IMG/VR virus record: IMGVR_UViG_3300024252_000008
Reading direction: 5' to 3' (one strand)
DNA from: an uncultured virus (IMG/VR IMGVR_UViG_3300024252_000008)
Taxonomy: Duplodnaviria > Heunggongvirae > Uroviricota > Caudoviricetes > Schitoviridae
DNA length: 20,000 nucleotides
Shown piece after piece: positions 18,305-20,000 of this stretch. The notes under the pieces were generated by a model. That model did not search any database, was not told the DNA's origin, and saw only the letters and a program-made list of their open reading frames with translations. Each line of letters opens with the position of its first letter. Position 1 is the stretch's first letter. The translations under genes were made by a program, and so were the position numbers.

Positions 18305-19165
18305 ATGACTATTCAATTAGCCCATAAAGCGGTGTTGGCTCGTCTTAAAGGCGCTGTGTCCTACATGACAGCCACAGGTGGAACCATAACCACAGACGGT
18401 GATTATAAAGTACATGAATTTCTTCTTGCTGATACTGGTACTGATTTTACAGTAACAACTCTTGGTAGTATTGGGACTGTTGAATATTTGGTTGTTGCAG
18501 GTGGTGGTGGAGGAGGAGGAGCAGCTTTTGCGGGTGGTGGTGGTGCTGGTGGTTATAGAACTGCTTCTGGTTTTGCTGTAACAGCCCAGGCGTATGAAAT
18601 CACAGTTGGAGATGGTGGTGCGGGTGGCCCTAATGGTACTGGTCCTGCTGGCACTGGTGAAGACTCAGTGTTTAGCTCTATAACTGCTAATGGTGGCGGT
18701 TCTGGTGGTACGAGAACAACCTATCCTGGCGGCAATGGAGGTTCTGGCGGCGGCGGTACTGGTTTGGGCACAGGTAGTAATGCCAAAGGTACAGGAGATC
18801 AAGGTAGTGATGGAGGAACTGGAAATGCCAGTGTTGGTTTTGGTGCAGGCGGTGGAGGACACTCTCAAGCTGGAGAAGATTCCGGGGCAGGTAATCCTGG
18901 AGATGGTGGAGATGGTACATCTAACTCAATAACGGGAAGTGCCGTTGTTTATTGCGGCGGCGGCGGCGGTGGTGCTCAATCAGGGGGGGTGGCTCCTGGT
19001 GGTACTGGTGGTGGTGGTGCTGGTGCTAACGGTACGACACAGGCAATAGCAGGGACAGATAATTTAGGCGGCGGTGGCGGCGGAAACGGTGAAAGCGGGT
19101 CTTTTAGCGGGCTCGGAGCAGCGGGCGGCTCAGGTATTGTTATAATCCGTTATCAGTTCCAATAA
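18305..19165 (+). CDS. Glycine-rich phage virion (tail-associated) protein
   Basis: Likely start ATG at 18305 (MTIQLAHK), right after the upstream TAA. ATGGTITTDGDYKVHEF, VEYLVVAGGGGGG, YEITVGDGGAGG and C-terminal GGSGIVIIRY are hallmarks of the common phage Gly-rich domain. Confidence 0.8.
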   Translation: MTIQLAHKAVLARLKGAVSYMTATGGTITTDGDYKVHEFLLADTGTDFTVTTLGSIGTVEYLVVAGGGGGGGAAFAGGGGAGGYRTASGFAVTAQAYEITVGDGGAGGPNGTGPAGTGEDSVFSSITANGGGSGGTRTTYPGGNGGSGGGGTGLGTGSNAKGTGDQGSDGGTGNASVGFGAGGGGHSQAGEDSGAGNPGDGGDGTSNSITGSAVVYCGGGGGGAQSGGVAPGGTGGGGAGANGTTQAIAGTDNLGGGGGGNGESGSFSGLGAAGGSGIVIIRYQFQ

Positions 19166-19172
19166 GGAAACC

Positions 19173-19262
19173 ATGACAACAATAAAACAAGCACTAATAC
19201 AATACTACAGCTCAGGCACAGGTGGTTCAGGAATAGTGGTTATAAAATATAAGTTTCAATAA
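19173..19262 (+). CDS. 29-aa micro-ORF MTTIKQALIQYYSSGTGGSGIVVIKYKFQ (chimeric or remnant Gly-rich paralogue)
   Basis: Manual translation, RBS AAGGA. N-terminus is identical to the 19403 ORF. C-terminus is homologous to the end of the Gly-rich gene. Confidence 0.5.
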   Translation: MTTIKQALIQYYSSGTGGSGIVVIKYKFQ

Positions 19263-19271
19263 GGGTAAGCA

Positions 19272-19394
19272 ATGGGACAAAATAACAGAAGAAAAAAACA
19301 AAGACGATCTGGTATAACATCTCATCATGCTAAGAGTTACTTCACTTCTCAAGAATTGCGGAATGGTGACAGGCGTAAGAGATCGAACCAATAG
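19272..19394 (+). CDS. 40-aa basic micro-ORF MGQNNRRKKQRRSGITSHHAKSYFTSQELRNGDRRKRSNQ
   Basis: Manual translation, AAGGG upstream. It fills the gap between neighbours, and its TAG overlaps the next RBS. Confidence 0.4.
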   Translation: MGQNNRRKKQRRSGITSHHAKSYFTSQELRNGDRRKRSNQ

Positions 19395-19402
19395 GATAAA
19401 CC

Positions 19403-20000
19403 ATGACAACAATAAAACAAGCAATGGTAAAGACAATTAAAAACTATCTTGAAGACGGTGGGTACTATAATTACAATGGATCTAAACGATTGTATGCTGA
19501 TACTCAAAATTGTTTTGGTATTCCTAATAGTATTCAACTCCAAATAGTTGCTATTTGTGCAAAAGAAATATGCCCTAATCCATTGCTTGATCCAAATCTT
19601 TTAATCTCTGTAATTCTTAATCCAATGGGAATAGTAACAGGGCCAAATCTTGTCGGATGGTTGGACGGTGATTGGTCAATGTTCAATACTCAAGGGTATG
19701 CAGACATTTTAAATCCTCCTGTACCTGATCTTGGTGAAATGAGAGAAATATCAGTTTATGAAGCAAGGCAAAAGATAAGAACACTCACAGGTATTCATCC
19801 CTTTGATATTTACGAAGATGATATGATTTTCAGGTTAATTAAACCAGAGATGATTAAACCTGTTTGCGTTGCTAATCCAGCAGACAGACGATTATATATT
19901 GAAGAATCCCACGACTGCGATGACTTTGTTAATGAAACAACTGGATGGTTGTCAAGGTGGAACTACGGCAATCTGGTCTTTGGCAAAAGGTCTGATGTAA
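19403..20000 (+). CDS. Partial protein with a YxEExHDCDDF motif; putative papain/transglutaminase-like cysteine enzyme (MOA agglutinin C-terminal-like)
   Basis: Not in the ORF track because it has no stop in the window. Open for 199 codons from ATG 19403, RBS AGGA. LYIEESHDCDDFV, with Cys172 at nt 19916. Confidence 0.62.
   Translation, partial: MTTIKQAMVKTIKNYLEDGGYYNYNGSKRLYADTQNCFGIPNSIQLQIVAICAKEICPNPLLDPNLLISVILNPMGIVTGPNLVGWLDGDWSMFNTQGYADILNPPVPDLGEMREISVYEARQKIRTLTGIHPFDIYEDDMIFRLIKPEMIKPVCVANPADRRLYIEESHDCDDFVNETTGWLSRWNYGNLVFGKRSDV

Larger units (their letters stand above)
19168..19423 (+). repeat. 26-bp perfect direct repeat AAACCATGACAACAATAAAACAAGCA at 19168-19193 and 19398-19423
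   Basis: Read directly from the sequence. The copies are 230 bp apart and each covers a start codon encoding MTTIKQA. Confidence 0.95.

Noticed and set aside
18500..19130. GGT/GGC trinucleotide runs as contingency microsatellites
   Set aside because: They are explained by poly-Gly coding with mixed codons.
19124..19262. Diversity-generating retroelement VR/TR pair (Gly-rich gene end versus its downstream copy)
   Set aside because: Only ~42 bp are similar, mismatches include C/T and T/G changes at non-adenine synonymous sites, and there is no reverse transcriptase in the window.
19168..19423. CRISPR mini-array
   Set aside because: Only two copies, ~204 bp between them, non-palindromic, and both are gene starts.
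25..19543. Short minus-strand and alternative-frame ORFs in the track (60-133 aa)
   Set aside because: They overlap well-supported + strand genes and have no recognisable motifs, so they are likely shadow ORFs.
1..20000. Stop-codon reassignment, tRNA or rRNA genes, integrase or transposase
   Set aside because: Genes tile the window under the standard code ending in TAA/TAG, intergenic gaps are short, and no such motifs were seen.

Overview
A 20 kb, AT-rich, entirely + strand segment of an N4-like podophage (Schitoviridae-like) late/virion region. Gene order matches coliphage N4 gp56 to gp50: the end of the major capsid protein, gp55-, gp54-, gp53-, gp52- and gp51-like virion/ejection proteins, then a giant 3603-aa, apparently cysteine-free virion RNA polymerase (vRNAP) with recognisable T7-superfamily motifs. 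A mosaic accessory block follows: a tail-fibre-like protein, a Gly-rich protein, two micro-ORFs between 26-bp direct repeats, and a truncated DCDDF-motif protein. The most interesting signal is inside the vRNAP. Just upstream of the polymerase core, between acidic linkers, is a ~120-aa segment with an R-S-ExE ADP-ribosyltransferase-like signature, next to other small accessory domains. This suggests an injected polymerase-effector fusion, a T4 Alt-like activity built into the vRNAP. All family calls come from motif recognition and recalled N4 gene order, not from database searches.
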